The notes below the pieces were generated by a model that saw only the letters and a list, made by a program, of their open reading frames with translations, searched no databases and was not told the origin of the DNA. Below are positions 18,891-27,826 of a DNA stretch of 64,000 bases, one piece after another (within the stretch, counting starts at the first letter, position 1; each line of letters begins with the position of its first letter). The stretch covers positions 2,456 to 66,455 of the forward strand of contig JAICNB010000008.1 of NCBI GenBank assembly GCA_025928935.1, written 5' to 3'. Made by a program: the position numbers and the translations under genes. The DNA comes from Acidimicrobiia bacterium. Lineage in GTDB: Bacteria; Actinomycetota; Acidimicrobiia; Spongiisociales; ZC4RG35.

Positions 18891-19829
18891 ATGGAGGTGG
18901 GTCGAGAGGCAAAGTTGATCGAACTGGCTCGTCGCCAGCACGGGGTGTTCAGCCTCGCCCAGTGGACTGGACACGGTCTGAGTCCAGCATCCCTGACGAG
19001 AAGGGTGCGTGGTGGGCTCGTCACACGTATGGCGCCCCAGGTGTATGCCTACGCCAGTGTGCCCCCCACCTGGCACATGGAAGTCGCAGTAGCCGTCCTC
19101 GCGTCCGGGAGGCGTGCCGCCGCTTCACATCGCACGGCGGCACACATCCACGGTCTCGCCGGCAGGCCTGACCGGATCGAGGTGGTGACGCTGCGGACCG
19201 GGCGTCGCCCGTCGGGCTACACCCTGCACCAGTCGACCGATCTGGCCCGTTCCCACATCACGAAGGTGAACGGGATATCGACGACCACTATCGCTCGCAC
19301 CATTGTCGACATCGGCGTGCCGCACGGGATCGGCCGGACCGGATCGTGTCTCGATGAGGCAAGGCGACGCGAGCTCGTGTCACTCGAGGACGTCGCGTCC
19401 GTGCTCCATCAGGTTGCGAGACGGGGACGGAATGGTGTCGGACCCGCTCGGAAGATCCTGGTCGAACGTCTCGCCTGGGATCAGATCACAGAATCACAGC
19501 TGGAGGATCGATTCCTTCATCTGCTGCAGGGCTACGAGCTCCCTGTTCCTCGGTGCCAGCACCCCATCTACGACGCGCAGGGTGGTCTCGTGGCGCGCGT
19601 CGACTTCGCCTATCCCGAGTCAGGTTTGCTGATCGAGCTCGATGGCGCGCAGTTTCACACCGACCGGCGGTCCTTCCAGCTGGATCGGGTGCGACAGAAT
19701 CGCCTCATCGCCCAGGGATACCGGGTGTTGCGCTTCACCTATTGGGACGTGATGGCAGCCCCGGAGTATGTGATCGACACCATCGACTCGTTCCTCCCTC
19801 GAAATTGGGAGCGAGAAGCGCGCATATGA
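18891..19829 (+). CDS. AbiEi-like antitoxin N-terminal domain plus DUF559 (Vsr-like PD-(D/E)xK) endonuclease
   Basis: LARRQHGVFS, SHRTAA, TTIARTIVD, ESQLE, RVDFAYP..LIELDG..FH, DRVRQN, GYRVLRFT. Confidence 0.88.
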   Translation: MEVGREAKLIELARRQHGVFSLAQWTGHGLSPASLTRRVRGGLVTRMAPQVYAYASVPPTWHMEVAVAVLASGRRAAASHRTAAHIHGLAGRPDRIEVVTLRTGRRPSGYTLHQSTDLARSHITKVNGISTTTIARTIVDIGVPHGIGRTGSCLDEARRRELVSLEDVASVLHQVARRGRNGVGPARKILVERLAWDQITESQLEDRFLHLLQGYELPVPRCQHPIYDAQGGLVARVDFAYPESGLLIELDGAQFHTDRRSFQLDRVRQNRLIAQGYRVLRFTYWDVMAAPEYVIDTIDSFLPRNWEREARI

Positions 19830-19855
19830 CACCTAGCGGTCCCAATTACGAAGGG
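19797..19855. repeat. 59-bp imperfect palindrome, right copy
   Basis: CCTCGAAATTGGGAGC-N8-CGCATA-N13-TCCCAATTACGAAGGG; contains the stop codons of both convergent flanking genes. Confidence 0.85.
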
Positions 19856-20784
19856 CCCGGCGCGTACTGCAGGTCGACCACCAGTGGGAAGTGGTCTGAT
19901 CCCATAGCGGGGCCGAGGCGGCGGTCCCGCACCCTCAGGTCCTGGCTGTGCAGCAGATGGTCGATCGGGACACGGAGCAGGAAGATCGTGTCGGCCGAGA
20001 ACGACGGCTGGAGTCCGAACCCCAACTGTGAGTTGCGCATTCGCCCATCGCCGAGGAGCGTGGCGAAGGGCGAAGACCATGGAGAGGCATTCAGGTCTCC
20101 CACGACCAGATAGGCGCCCTCCTGCTGTGACGCCCAGTCCGCGGCGAACTCGAGCTGGGCGTCACGGAGCGCCGCCCGGTCCCCGCTGGTCGGGGCCACC
20201 GGATGAGAGGACAGGACCTTCACCGGGGCCGGCCAGCCCTCCGGCTGGTAGGAGAGGGCGATGGCCCTTCCATCCCCCTCGGCGAATCCAAAGGAGGTTG
20301 CGTCGACCGTCTGCCTGGCCAGGACCAGCGTCCCGAAGATGAGGTTGTCGGATCGGCCCCGCACGATCTCGTAGTCGAGATCCGAAGACTCCATGGCCAC
20401 TTCCCATGGCCGGCTCGACTCGTGAAGCAGCACGATGTCGGGAGTCGTGGCCTCGATGTACTCGATCACCTCGTTGTAGCTCTCGTTGGTGGAGAGGAGG
20501 TTGAAGCTCATCACCCTCATCTCGGGGGCGCCGGCCACGGGCTCACCCGGGGAGCCGACGAACAGCGGTGCGACGAAGACGCCGTTGAGGAGGGCCACGC
20601 CGAGTATCGCCAGACCGGTCCGTCTCCAGCGGCTGGCCAGGATCACCAGGCCGAGCACAGCCAGGACTGCGACGTACTGGGCCCGGAAGTTGGCCAGCAC
20701 ATCGAGCCACCAGACCCAGCCGCCGGCGAACGAGGCGAGGCTGATCACTGCGATGAGGACGGCAGGGATCACCAGGAGGACCAC
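19846..20784 (-). CDS. membrane-anchored endonuclease/exonuclease/phosphatase (EEP, YafD-like) protein
   Basis: N-terminal TMs, MSFNL, DIVLLHE, GDLN, PIDH, GSDHFP. Confidence 0.88.
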   Translation of the reverse strand: MVLLVIPAVLIAVISLASFAGGWVWWLDVLANFRAQYVAVLAVLGLVILASRWRRTGLAILGVALLNGVFVAPLFVGSPGEPVAGAPEMRVMSFNLLSTNESYNEVIEYIEATTPDIVLLHESSRPWEVAMESSDLDYEIVRGRSDNLIFGTLVLARQTVDATSFGFAEGDGRAIALSYQPEGWPAPVKVLSSHPVAPTSGDRAALRDAQLEFAADWASQQEGAYLVVGDLNASPWSSPFATLLGDGRMRNSQLGFGLQPSFSADTIFLLRVPIDHLLHSQDLRVRDRRLGPAMGSDHFPLVVDLQYAPGPS

Positions 20785-20807
20785 TGGGGTGGCACCTTAG
20801 GGATGGA

Positions 20808-22193
20808 TCAGGACGTGGGTGGCGTGGGTGGGCCGCCGACGTCGGCGATCCTCCGCCTCAGCTCGGCTGCCTGGGCGTGCACCGAGTCGGGGCTACCTCC
20901 TCCAGGGCTTATCCGCCGTTTCACCGACCCGCCGGCATCGATCAGCTCGAGGTCGGCCTCGATGAACGCACTGTGCGCACCGGTCAGGTCACCGGGCCCC
21001 GCATCGAGAAGGGTTCGGTCTTCGGCTTCCAGGCTCAGGACGAGTTTGCCAACGGCCTCATGGGCCTCCCGGAAGGGGACGCCCCGTGCCACCAGTGCCT
21101 CGGCGAGATCGAGGCTGGCGGTCTCGACCGAGGGAGTCACCTCGAAGAACTCGGTGTGATCCAGCAACTCCGTCATGGCGGAGAGGGTCCCGGCCAGCGT
21201 GTCATCGGCTTCGAAGACCAGCCTCTTGTCCTCCTGAAGATCGCGGTTGTACGCCAGGGGTAAGGCTTTCTGCAGGGCCATGATGGAGGTGAGTAGCCCG
21301 AACACCCGCGCGGCCCTTCCCCGGGCAAGCTCGGCGATGTCCGGGTTCCGCTTCTGGGGAAGAGCCGACGACCCGGTGCTCACCGAATCGCGGAGACGGG
21401 CCCTCCCGAATTCGGGCGTCACCCAGAGGATGATCTCCTCGGCGAGACGAGAGAGATTGGCCATCGCCTGGGCACAACAGAAGACGTACTCGGCGAGATG
21501 GTCGCGCGAGCCGACAGCGTCGAGGGAGTTCTCGAATGCCGACCCCATGTCGAGCCTCCGAGCGGTCTCGTCGGGATCGATCGGCAGCGAGGTACCGGCG
21601 GAGGCTCCCGCACCCAACGGGGAGACGTCGATCCGGGTTCGGGCCGCCGAGAACCGCTCGGCGTCCCTAAGCGCCATCCATGCGTAGGCCATCAGGTGGT
21701 GTCCCAGGGTCGTGGCCTGGGCCTGCTGGAGATGGGTGAGAGAGGGCACGATCGTCGAGGCATGTTCCTGTGCGAGGTCGGCCACGGCCACCGCGAAACC
21801 ATGGAGTTGGGTGATCCGATCGGAGGCGGCGCGGCGGGTGTAGAGACGCATGTCGAGTGCGATTTGATCGTTGCGGCTGCGCGCCGTGTGCAGCTTGCCG
21901 GCCACGTCACCCACCAACTCGAACAATCGTCGCTCGACCGTGCTGTGCACGTCCTCGTCGGTTTCGAAGAACTCGAAGCTGCCCGCCTCCGCCTCGATTC
22001 GAATCGCCTCCAGCCCACCGAGCAGCGTCTTCACCTCGGCGTCTTGGAGGATGCCGGTCTCGCCGAGCATCGCGACATGGGCCATCGACCCGGTCACATC
22101 ATCGTCGAGGAGCCGGCGGTCGGAATGATCGGTGGTGTAGTCCCACAGGACCCGGCCCGGGCCCTCCTCGAATCGGCCACCCCAGAGGGTCAT
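20808..22193 (-). CDS. argH: argininosuccinate lyase
   Basis: [59 protein letters not shown]. Confidence 0.96.
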   Translation of the reverse strand: MTLWGGRFEEGPGRVLWDYTTDHSDRRLLDDDVTGSMAHVAMLGETGILQDAEVKTLLGGLEAIRIEAEAGSFEFFETDEDVHSTVERRLFELVGDVAGKLHTARSRNDQIALDMRLYTRRAASDRITQLHGFAVAVADLAQEHASTIVPSLTHLQQAQATTLGHHLMAYAWMALRDAERFSAARTRIDVSPLGAGASAGTSLPIDPDETARRLDMGSAFENSLDAVGSRDHLAEYVFCCAQAMANLSRLAEEIILWVTPEFGRARLRDSVSTGSSALPQKRNPDIAELARGRAARVFGLLTSIMALQKALPLAYNRDLQEDKRLVFEADDTLAGTLSAMTELLDHTEFFEVTPSVETASLDLAEALVARGVPFREAHEAVGKLVLSLEAEDRTLLDAGPGDLTGAHSAFIEADLELIDAGGSVKRRISPGGGSPDSVHAQAAELRRRIADVGGPPTPPTS

Positions 22194-23380
22194 CCCGCCT
22201 CCCCACTGCCGAACCCCCGGATCCGGAGAGCGTTGAGGGAGATGAAGCCCTCGGCATCGGCCTGGCGATAGACCTGGTCCGCCTCGAACGTGGCCGAATC
22301 CGCGTCGTAGAGACTGTTGGGCGATCGTCTCCCGGTGACCATCGCCCCACCCTTGTAGAGGACGAGGCGGGCCTCGCCGCTCACCGATTGCTGGATCTCG
22401 TCGACGAGCGCCTGCAGTGCGATCCGCTCCGGGCTGAACCAGAATCCGTTGTAGACGATCTGGGCGTAGCGGGGGATCAGGCCATCCCGGATGTGCAGCA
22501 CCTCTCGGTCCAGGGTCAACGACTCGACGGCCCGGTGGGCGAGATGGAGGATGGTGCCGCCAGGGGTCTCGTAGACCCCGCGACTCTTGATCCCTACGAA
22601 CCGGTTCTCCACGAGATCGACACGGCCCACCCCGTGTCGGCCCGCGATCTGGTTCGCCTCGGCCAATAGCTCGACCGGCCCGAGCTCGCGTCCCCCGATC
22701 GTCACCGGATTGCCGTGTTCGAACCCGATGACCACCTCCTCTGGCTGATCGGGAGCATCGGTGGGATCGACGGTGAGCCGGAACATCTTGGGCGGCGGTG
22801 CCTCCCACGGGTCCTCCAGGATGCCTCCCTCGTAGGAGATGTGGAACAGGTTGGCGTCCATCGAATACGGGTCTTGCTTGGTCACCGGGACAGGGATGCC
22901 CCGCTCCCGGGCGTACTCCATCAGGGCGGTGCGCCCATCGAGGTCCCACTCACGCCAAGGTGCGATGACCCGCAGCTGGGGGGCGAGTGCGGCCACGGAG
23001 AGCTCGAAGCGGACCTGGTCGTTGCCCTTGCCGGTCGCCCCGTGGGAGATGGCATCGGCATCGAAGGCCAGGGCGGTCCTGACCAGCCCTTCGCTGATGA
23101 TGGGGCGAGCCAATGAGGTGCCCAGCAGGTATTGGCCCTCGTAGACCGCCCCGGCGCGAAGCGCCGGGAACACGGCGCCGGTGACGAATCTCTCGGTGAG
23201 GTCCTCCACCACGGCGTCGACGGCCCCGGTGGCCATTGCCTTCTCTTTGGCCTCGCCCGCCTCCGCCCCCTGTCCGACGTCGGCGGTATAGGCGATCACC
23301 TCCGCTCCCCTCTCCTCACGGAGCCAGGCGAGGATCACCGAGGTATCGAGACCACCCGAGTAGGCCAGGACCACCTTCAT
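22190..23380 (-). CDS. argG: argininosuccinate synthase
   Basis: [41 protein letters not shown]. Confidence 0.97.
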   Translation of the reverse strand: MKVVLAYSGGLDTSVILAWLREERGAEVIAYTADVGQGAEAGEAKEKAMATGAVDAVVEDLTERFVTGAVFPALRAGAVYEGQYLLGTSLARPIISEGLVRTALAFDADAISHGATGKGNDQVRFELSVAALAPQLRVIAPWREWDLDGRTALMEYARERGIPVPVTKQDPYSMDANLFHISYEGGILEDPWEAPPPKMFRLTVDPTDAPDQPEEVVIGFEHGNPVTIGGRELGPVELLAEANQIAGRHGVGRVDLVENRFVGIKSRGVYETPGGTILHLAHRAVESLTLDREVLHIRDGLIPRYAQIVYNGFWFSPERIALQALVDEIQQSVSGEARLVLYKGGAMVTGRRSPNSLYDADSATFEADQVYRQADAEGFISLNALRIRGFGSGEAG

Positions 23381-24817
23381 CTATTCGTCCTCGAGGTCCG
23401 GCGGCGGTCCCGGATCGGGAATCCCCCGAGCCATGGCCCATTCCCGCACCATGACGTAGGCGTCGGCGGCCCCGTAGGGGCCCTCGTCGATCCGGCGTTC
23501 CAGCATCAGCTCCATGATGTCACCGATAATCGGACCGGGGCCAATCCCCAGATACGCCATCACCTGATGCCCGTCGATCGGTGGCCGGAGCCGAGAGATC
23601 TCCTCCTTCTGACTCAGCTCGGCGATTCGCTCCTCGAGCTCGTCGATCCGATTCTGTATGGCTCGGGCCCGGCGTGGGTTGGCGGTGGTCACGTCACACC
23701 TGACCAGCTCGTTGAGCCGGTCGAGCAGAGGGCCGGCATCTCGGACATAGCGACGAACAGCCGAATCGGTCCAACCCATCTTGAGGGTGTGCGGCCGCAG
23801 ATGCAGGAAGACGAGACGGGAGACCTCATCCACGACCTCCCTCGGATAGCGCAGAGCCTTCAGACGTCGCCGCGCCAGCCTCGCCCCGACCACCTCGTGA
23901 TGATGAAAGGAGACGCCGTCCTTCCCGAACTGGCGGGTCTCGGGCTTCCCGATGTCGTGGAACAGAGCACCGAGCCGCAGCACCAGGTCGTCGGATGTCT
24001 TGTCGACCACTGCCAGGGTGTGGGCCAGGACGTCCTTGTGACGCTGATGAGGGTCCTGTTCCATGGCCAGGTCGGGGAGCTCGGGGATGAAGTGATCGGC
24101 GAGCCCGGAGGCAACCACACCGGCCAGAGCGTCTCCGGCCGTTCGGGCGACGACCAGCTTGGAGAGCTCGTCCCTGATCCGCTCGGCGGAGACGATGTCG
24201 AGCCTGTCACCCATCTCCGATACCGCCGCCAAGGTCCCGGCCTCCGGCTCGAAACCGAGTGTTGCCTGGAACCGGAACAGCCGCAGCATCCGCAGCGGGT
24301 CCTCGGAGAAGGAGATGCGCGGGTCGAGAGGCGTGCGCAGCACACCACCGGCGAGGTCACTCAGGCCGCCGAAGGGATCGATCGGGACCATGTCCATGAG
24401 GGTGAGCGCCATGGCATTGATGGTGAAGTCCCGGCGTGAGAGGTCGGTCTCGATGTCGTCGGAGAAGCTCACCTGTGGCTTCCTCGATTCATCCCGATAG
24501 ACCTCGTTGCGGAAGGTGGTGACCTCGACCGTCCATCTTCCCTTGACCGCGGCGATGGTGCCGAAGGTGGCGCCCACGCTGTACACCACGTCGCCCCAGC
24601 CCTCCAGCAACCGTGCGATGCGATCGGGCCGGGCATCGGTGGCGAAATCGAAGTCGTACGTGTAGTCGTCCAGCCCGCGTTCGAGGAAGGCGTCACGCAC
24701 CGACCCCCCGACCAGATAGAGCTGATGCCCCGCGCCGGCGAACACATCGTGCAATTGCGCCGGCGGAAGGTCGGCGGAGACCAGGAACTCGAGCCGCTTC
24801 GGGATCACCCCATCCAT
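23381..24817 (-). CDS. cca: CCA tRNA nucleotidyltransferase with HD domain
   Basis: LVGGSVRD, DFDFATD, EVTTFR, DLSRRDFTINA, EDPLRML, SAERIRDE, HDIGKP. Confidence 0.92.
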   Translation of the reverse strand: MDGVIPKRLEFLVSADLPPAQLHDVFAGAGHQLYLVGGSVRDAFLERGLDDYTYDFDFATDARPDRIARLLEGWGDVVYSVGATFGTIAAVKGRWTVEVTTFRNEVYRDESRKPQVSFSDDIETDLSRRDFTINAMALTLMDMVPIDPFGGLSDLAGGVLRTPLDPRISFSEDPLRMLRLFRFQATLGFEPEAGTLAAVSEMGDRLDIVSAERIRDELSKLVVARTAGDALAGVVASGLADHFIPELPDLAMEQDPHQRHKDVLAHTLAVVDKTSDDLVLRLGALFHDIGKPETRQFGKDGVSFHHHEVVGARLARRRLKALRYPREVVDEVSRLVFLHLRPHTLKMGWTDSAVRRYVRDAGPLLDRLNELVRCDVTTANPRRARAIQNRIDELEERIAELSQKEEISRLRPPIDGHQVMAYLGIGPGPIIGDIMELMLERRIDEGPYGAADAYVMVREWAMARGIPDPGPPPDLEDE

Positions 24818-24872
24818 TTTGGCGCGCCGATCTGGACCTATAGGTCGAGATCGGCGCGCGAGAACGCTGTGC

Positions 24873-25952
24873 CTACAGCTGGATGCCCGCAGCCATCGCC
24901 TTGGCCCGGACCTCGTGGACGTTCCGGGCGTGGGGGATGGCGGCGGGAAGGTCGACGGATCGGTCGATGACGAGCTTGAGCAGAGCCGCGTCCATGGTTT
25001 GCATCCCGAAGAACTCACTCTCCTTGATGATCTCGACCAGGGCGGCTGTGTCTGCCCCTCCGATGACCCATTCCTGGACTCGCTCGCTGTTGGTCAGGAC
25101 CTCGCAAGCGAGGGACTTCCCGTTCCCCTGGCCCTCGAGCAGGCGCTGGCTGAGGATGGCCAGCATCTGGGCGGCCAACTGGCTCCTCACCACGCGCTGC
25201 TGGGCTTCGGGGAACAACGAGACGATGCGATCGATGGTGTCGGCAGGATCGGTCGTTCGCATCGACGAGATGACCAGGTGACCGGTCTCGGCGGCGGCTA
25301 TGGCGGCCCTCGCCGTCTCCGCGTCACCGATCTCGGAGATCATCAGCACGTCGGTGTCGTGACGCATTGCGCTCCGCACCGCGTCGGCCGCGCTCGGGGT
25401 GTCGACGCCGACCTCACGCTGCACGACCACGCTTCGTTTGTCGGGATGGAGCACCTCGATCGGGTCTTCCACGGTGAGGATCGACACCGCCCGCTGATTG
25501 TTGATCCAATCCAGGATCGAAGCCATGGTGGCCGTCTTTCCCGACCCGGAAGGGCCGGTGACCAGCAGCAGGCCGGACTTGGCCGCAGCCAGCTTCTCCA
25601 CGATCCTGGGCAGGCCCAGCTCGGCGAACGACCTGGACCCGGGAACGACGCGACGCAGGACCACCGACACCGAGCCGCGCTGGCGGAAGGCGGTGACCCG
25701 GAACCTGCCGATCTCCTGTCTGCCGAACGCGAAGTCGGCCGTGCCGGTCGCCGCGAAGTCGGCGGCGGCCCGTGGCGTGAAGAGCGAATCGGCATACGCC
25801 TGGGTGTCGTTGGGCTTGAGGACAGCGAAACCCTCCAGTCGCTCCAGCTCCCCCGCGATGCGGGCCACGGGGGCTGACCCCACCTTCAGATGAACGTCCG
25901 TCGCCCCAGATGAGACCGCCCTGCGAAGAAGATCCTCGATGTTGACTTCCAT
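24873..25952 (-). CDS. PilT/PilU family ATPase, divergent
   Basis: ATDVHLKVG, GRFRV, Walker A GPSGSGKT, EDPIE, QREVG, AAETGHLV, GMQTMD. Confidence 0.85.
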   Translation of the reverse strand: MEVNIEDLLRRAVSSGATDVHLKVGSAPVARIAGELERLEGFAVLKPNDTQAYADSLFTPRAAADFAATGTADFAFGRQEIGRFRVTAFRQRGSVSVVLRRVVPGSRSFAELGLPRIVEKLAAAKSGLLLVTGPSGSGKTATMASILDWINNQRAVSILTVEDPIEVLHPDKRSVVVQREVGVDTPSAADAVRSAMRHDTDVLMISEIGDAETARAAIAAAETGHLVISSMRTTDPADTIDRIVSLFPEAQQRVVRSQLAAQMLAILSQRLLEGQGNGKSLACEVLTNSERVQEWVIGGADTAALVEIIKESEFFGMQTMDAALLKLVIDRSVDLPAAIPHARNVHEVRAKAMAAGIQL

Positions 25953-26020
25953 GTTCCCTTCCCGATTCAGGCCAGCAAGTGGTTATCGGCGCGGGTCGCC
26001 GGGGAACTTGAAAGACCTTC

Positions 26021-27025
26021 TCAGATCGCCCAGTGGCGGGCGACAGCCTCACCTGCCTCCTCGACCGCTCGAGCCGCGCCCGGGACCGACGAGAGTGGAG
26101 GGCCAAAATGCTCCTCCCCGGCCATACCCAGGACCGTGGAGCGGGCCGAGTGACGCAGACCGTCGAGGTCGTATCCCCCCTCGAGGGCGAAGACCGTACG
26201 ATTTGGTGGATGGACACGGGCGAGCCGGGAAGCCATCCACCCGTAGTCGGCATCGAGCAGATCGAGGTCGGCGAGGGGATCTTCGGTGTGGCCGTCGAAG
26301 CCGGCGCTGACCAGCACCCAGTCCGGGCGGAACTGAGTGAGCACAGGGAGCACGAGCGTCTCCCAGGCCCTCCGGTACACATCGCCACCGGTGCCGGCCG
26401 GAACCGGGATGTTGACCGTCGTCCCCTTGGCCTCGATCTCGATGTCATCGGGATGGCCTTCGAACGGATAGAAGTGGTCCTGATGGACCGACACGTAGAG
26501 GATTCCCGGGTCGGCCGCCACCAATGACTGCGTCCCGTTCCCGTGGTGGACGTCCCAGTCGAGGATGGCGACACGCTCACCTTCCGCCCTCAGCAAGGCG
26601 GCCACGACGACGACGTTGTTGAACAGGCAGAAGCCCATGGCCCTCGCCCGCAGGGCGTGATGGCCCGGCGGCCGGCAAAGGGCGAACCCCGTGGCGTCCT
26701 CCATCTCACGTAGTGCGTCCACGAGGGTCTTGACTCCACCCACTGCGGTGAGAGCCGCCGGCCAGGACTCGGGTGAGACGATGGTGTCCATGTCGAGGGC
26801 ACCACCTCCGGCCAGACAAAAGCCCTCGATCGCCTCGATGTAGGCCGGGTCATGGACGAGAGCGAGATCGGCCCGGCCGATCGCCAGGGACTCCACCTCG
26901 ATCAGGCCGAGCCCGCTTTCGGAGATGCCCCGGTACACCGCGCGGAGTCTCTCGGGTCGTTCCGGGTGATGGCCCCCGGTGTCGTGGAGCATCGCGTGCG
27001 GGCTGATGGCCACTACGACTTCCAT
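26021..27025 (-). CDS. histone deacetylase family protein (AcuC/AphA-like)
   Basis: HPERPERL, RPPGHHA, GFCLFNN, DWDVHHGNGTQ, SAGFDGH..DPL, LEGGY. Confidence 0.93.
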   Translation of the reverse strand: MEVVVAISPHAMLHDTGGHHPERPERLRAVYRGISESGLGLIEVESLAIGRADLALVHDPAYIEAIEGFCLAGGGALDMDTIVSPESWPAALTAVGGVKTLVDALREMEDATGFALCRPPGHHALRARAMGFCLFNNVVVVAALLRAEGERVAILDWDVHHGNGTQSLVAADPGILYVSVHQDHFYPFEGHPDDIEIEAKGTTVNIPVPAGTGGDVYRRAWETLVLPVLTQFRPDWVLVSAGFDGHTEDPLADLDLLDADYGWMASRLARVHPPNRTVFALEGGYDLDGLRHSARSTVLGMAGEEHFGPPLSSVPGAARAVEEAGEAVARHWAI

Positions 27026-27043
27026 CCCCGTACTCTCCCACAG

Positions 27044-27805
27044 GTGCCCGAACGCCTGCACGTGGATGGGGCCTGGCCCGGCCAGCTGACCGTGCGCAGG
27101 GGTTGGCACAGGGCGGTCGCCCGCCCCTGGAACGACAAGGTCCTCGATGCGGCGGTCCGTCTCGAGCGGGGATCGAGCGAGTTCCTGCGCACCGTGGCCG
27201 AGCTCCTCGCCCCGATGGGCTCGGGTGTGGTCTACTCCCCCGCCCTCTACCCCGAGGCGACCAGGGTGTGGGCCAAGGCCGGCTTCACCCCCTTCGGAGT
27301 GCTCGATGTCATGGAGATGCGTCTCGGGGCCGGGGTCACGCCACCGAGACACACGATCCAGGCAACCCGCCGACCGGTCTGGTCATCGCTGGTCGATCTC
27401 GACCACCTCGCTTTCGACGGGTTCTGGAGCATGGGTGAGGCGGGCCTGGTGGAGGCGATGAGGGCGACGCCCCGTTCCGTGGTGCTCGAAGCCCGGCTCG
27501 ACGGGGCGTTGGCGGGCTATGCCCTGGCCGGCGCCCAGACCATGCTCTCGTTCCTGCAGAGGGTTGCGGTGGCGCCGACATACTCCGGTCAGGGGGTGGG
27601 CACCTCGTTGCTTCGTGCCTCGGTGGCATGGGCCGCAGCCCGAGGGGCGAGGGTGATGGTGCTCAACGTCAGACCGGAGAACGACCGGGCCCGGCGCCTA
27701 TATGAGCGGGAGGGGTTCGAGATGAGAGACGTCCACCTCGACCTGTTGCGATTCGGAGCTCCTCCGCGCCCTATCGGGGGTCTGGGGGCCGCCCCCCAGA
27801 GATGA
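27044..27805 (+). CDS. GNAT family N-acetyltransferase (RimI-like C-terminal domain)
   Basis: QRVAVAPTYSGQGVGTSL, LNVRPENDRARRLYEREGF; TACTCT-N7-GTG. Confidence 0.85.
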   Translation: MPERLHVDGAWPGQLTVRRGWHRAVARPWNDKVLDAAVRLERGSSEFLRTVAELLAPMGSGVVYSPALYPEATRVWAKAGFTPFGVLDVMEMRLGAGVTPPRHTIQATRRPVWSSLVDLDHLAFDGFWSMGEAGLVEAMRATPRSVVLEARLDGALAGYALAGAQTMLSFLQRVAVAPTYSGQGVGTSLLRASVAWAAARGARVMVLNVRPENDRARRLYEREGFEMRDVHLDLLRFGAPPRPIGGLGAAPQR

Positions 27806-27826
27806 CAGCTGCTGAACTGAAGAGAC

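Noticed and set aside
18891-19829. Complete AbiE type IV toxin-antitoxin system
   Set aside because: No adjacent AbiEii nucleotidyltransferase toxin
18794-19855. Integron attC (59-base element) or CRISPR interpretation of the paired palindromes
   Set aside because: No RYYYAAC/GTTRRRY cores, no integrase or cas genes, and only two copies 1 kb apart; the 59-bp length is treated as coincidence
20808-22949. N-terminally over-extended ORF calls (argH 713 aa, panB 442 aa, mrpD 700 aa, DUF1365 395 aa) suggesting fusions
   Set aside because: The extensions overlap neighbouring genes; family homology begins at internal starts with ATGA/GTGA coupling or leaderless signals
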